Source: Planctomycetota bacterium (GTDB taxonomy: Bacteria > Planctomycetota > Planctomycetia > Pirellulales > UBA1268). Taken from it: 64,000 nt of DNA. The stretch covers positions 9,970-73,969 of the forward strand of contig JBAXUW010000001.1 in NCBI GenBank assembly GCA_037129495.1. Reading direction: 5' to 3'. Both the position numbers and the translations under genes were made by a program. The notes beneath the pieces are model-generated. The model was not told where the DNA came from, searched no databases, and worked only from the letters and a program-made list of their open reading frames with translations. This document shows positions 63,584-64,000 of the stretch, one piece after another; within the stretch, counting starts at the first letter, position 1, and every line of letters starts with the position of its first letter.

Positions 63584-63683
63584 ACACCGCTGCCCTCTTT
63601 GAGCCACGGTCTGATAAACTCCGATCGTGCTGCGCCTGGGCTGCCGTTGCTGTTTTTTTGCCACTGAAAGAGGGAGTCTTCGC

Positions 63684-64000
63684 ATGAACGCCCGCCGCTT
63701 GCGGCTCTGGTTGGTGCTTGTATTGGTTGCTGCTGCGAGCGGTCTGACTCCTGGCGTGACTCCTCATGAGGCCCATGCCCAGTCTGGTAGGCGACTGCTG
63801 CGTCGTCGGGCCGCAGTCGGGTTGCCGACTCCCGCGCCGGCAACAGCTCCGGCCACTTCGGCTGCGAAACCTGCCCCGACAGTGCTTGAGAAAAAACCCA
63901 CGCGGGCTCCCACGCCAACGCTGGCGTCCACGCCCGCTGCCGCCGACCAGACGACGGCCGCCTTTACTGCGGACTGGTATGCCCGCTACCCGCAGGCCTG
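63684..64000 (+). CDS. secreted hypothetical protein, 5' part (runs off the window)
   Basis: ATG 63684: MNARRLRLWLVLVLVAAASGLTPGVTPHEAHA/QS is signal-peptide-like, followed by a Pro/Ala/Thr-rich stretch. The frame is open to position 64000. It is not in the ORF track because it has no stop. Confidence 0.45.
   Translation, partial: MNARRLRLWLVLVLVAAASGLTPGVTPHEAHAQSGRRLLRRRAAVGLPTPAPATAPATSAAKPAPTVLEKKPTRAPTPTLASTPAAADQTTAAFTADWYARYPQA

Overview
GC-rich bacterial chromosomal segment. The gene content points to a Planctomycetota genome: a DUF1559 prepilin-like protein, a PSCyt/WD40 - DUF1549/DUF1553 - DUF1501 triad, and many Tat/lipobox low-complexity secreted proteins. I support about 55 protein-coding genes, mostly housekeeping. 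They include an alaA-like aminotransferase, purH, trpC, truB, a PrpD/MmgE protein, a Ser/Thr kinase, hemL, a YgiQ radical-SAM protein, cysC, rpoD, bluB-cobT-cobS-cobC, tyrA, purL-purQ, sbp-cysT-cysW-cysA, a beta carbonic anhydrase, an HDAC-like gene, an orphan histidine kinase and response regulator, and a xylose-isomerase-like/XylR-like sugar cluster. I saw no rRNA, tRNA, CRISPR array, prophage or recognisable defence/toxin system. The structure not explained by genes is as follows. (1) A dispersed family of intergenic imperfect-palindrome repeats built around a GTGGGATAAG..TTTC box, with at least a dozen full or half copies. (2) Two copies of a ~200-bp composite element bounded by that box that share identical blocks and conserved GNRA-type hairpins; one copy supplies the 3' end of an AraC-family gene. 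(3) A decayed IS4-family element with perfect 28-bp inverted repeats and a 9-bp target duplication, inserted exactly into one palindromic repeat. (4) A sharply AT-rich island with a perfect 39-nt palindrome downstream of cysA. (5) Abutting relics of an IclR-type and a HigA-type gene. (6) Several clusters of function-unknown envelope or secreted proteins, including a large POTRA-like protein without an obvious barrel. All functional calls are by-eye motif recognition on the supplied translations. No database search was run.
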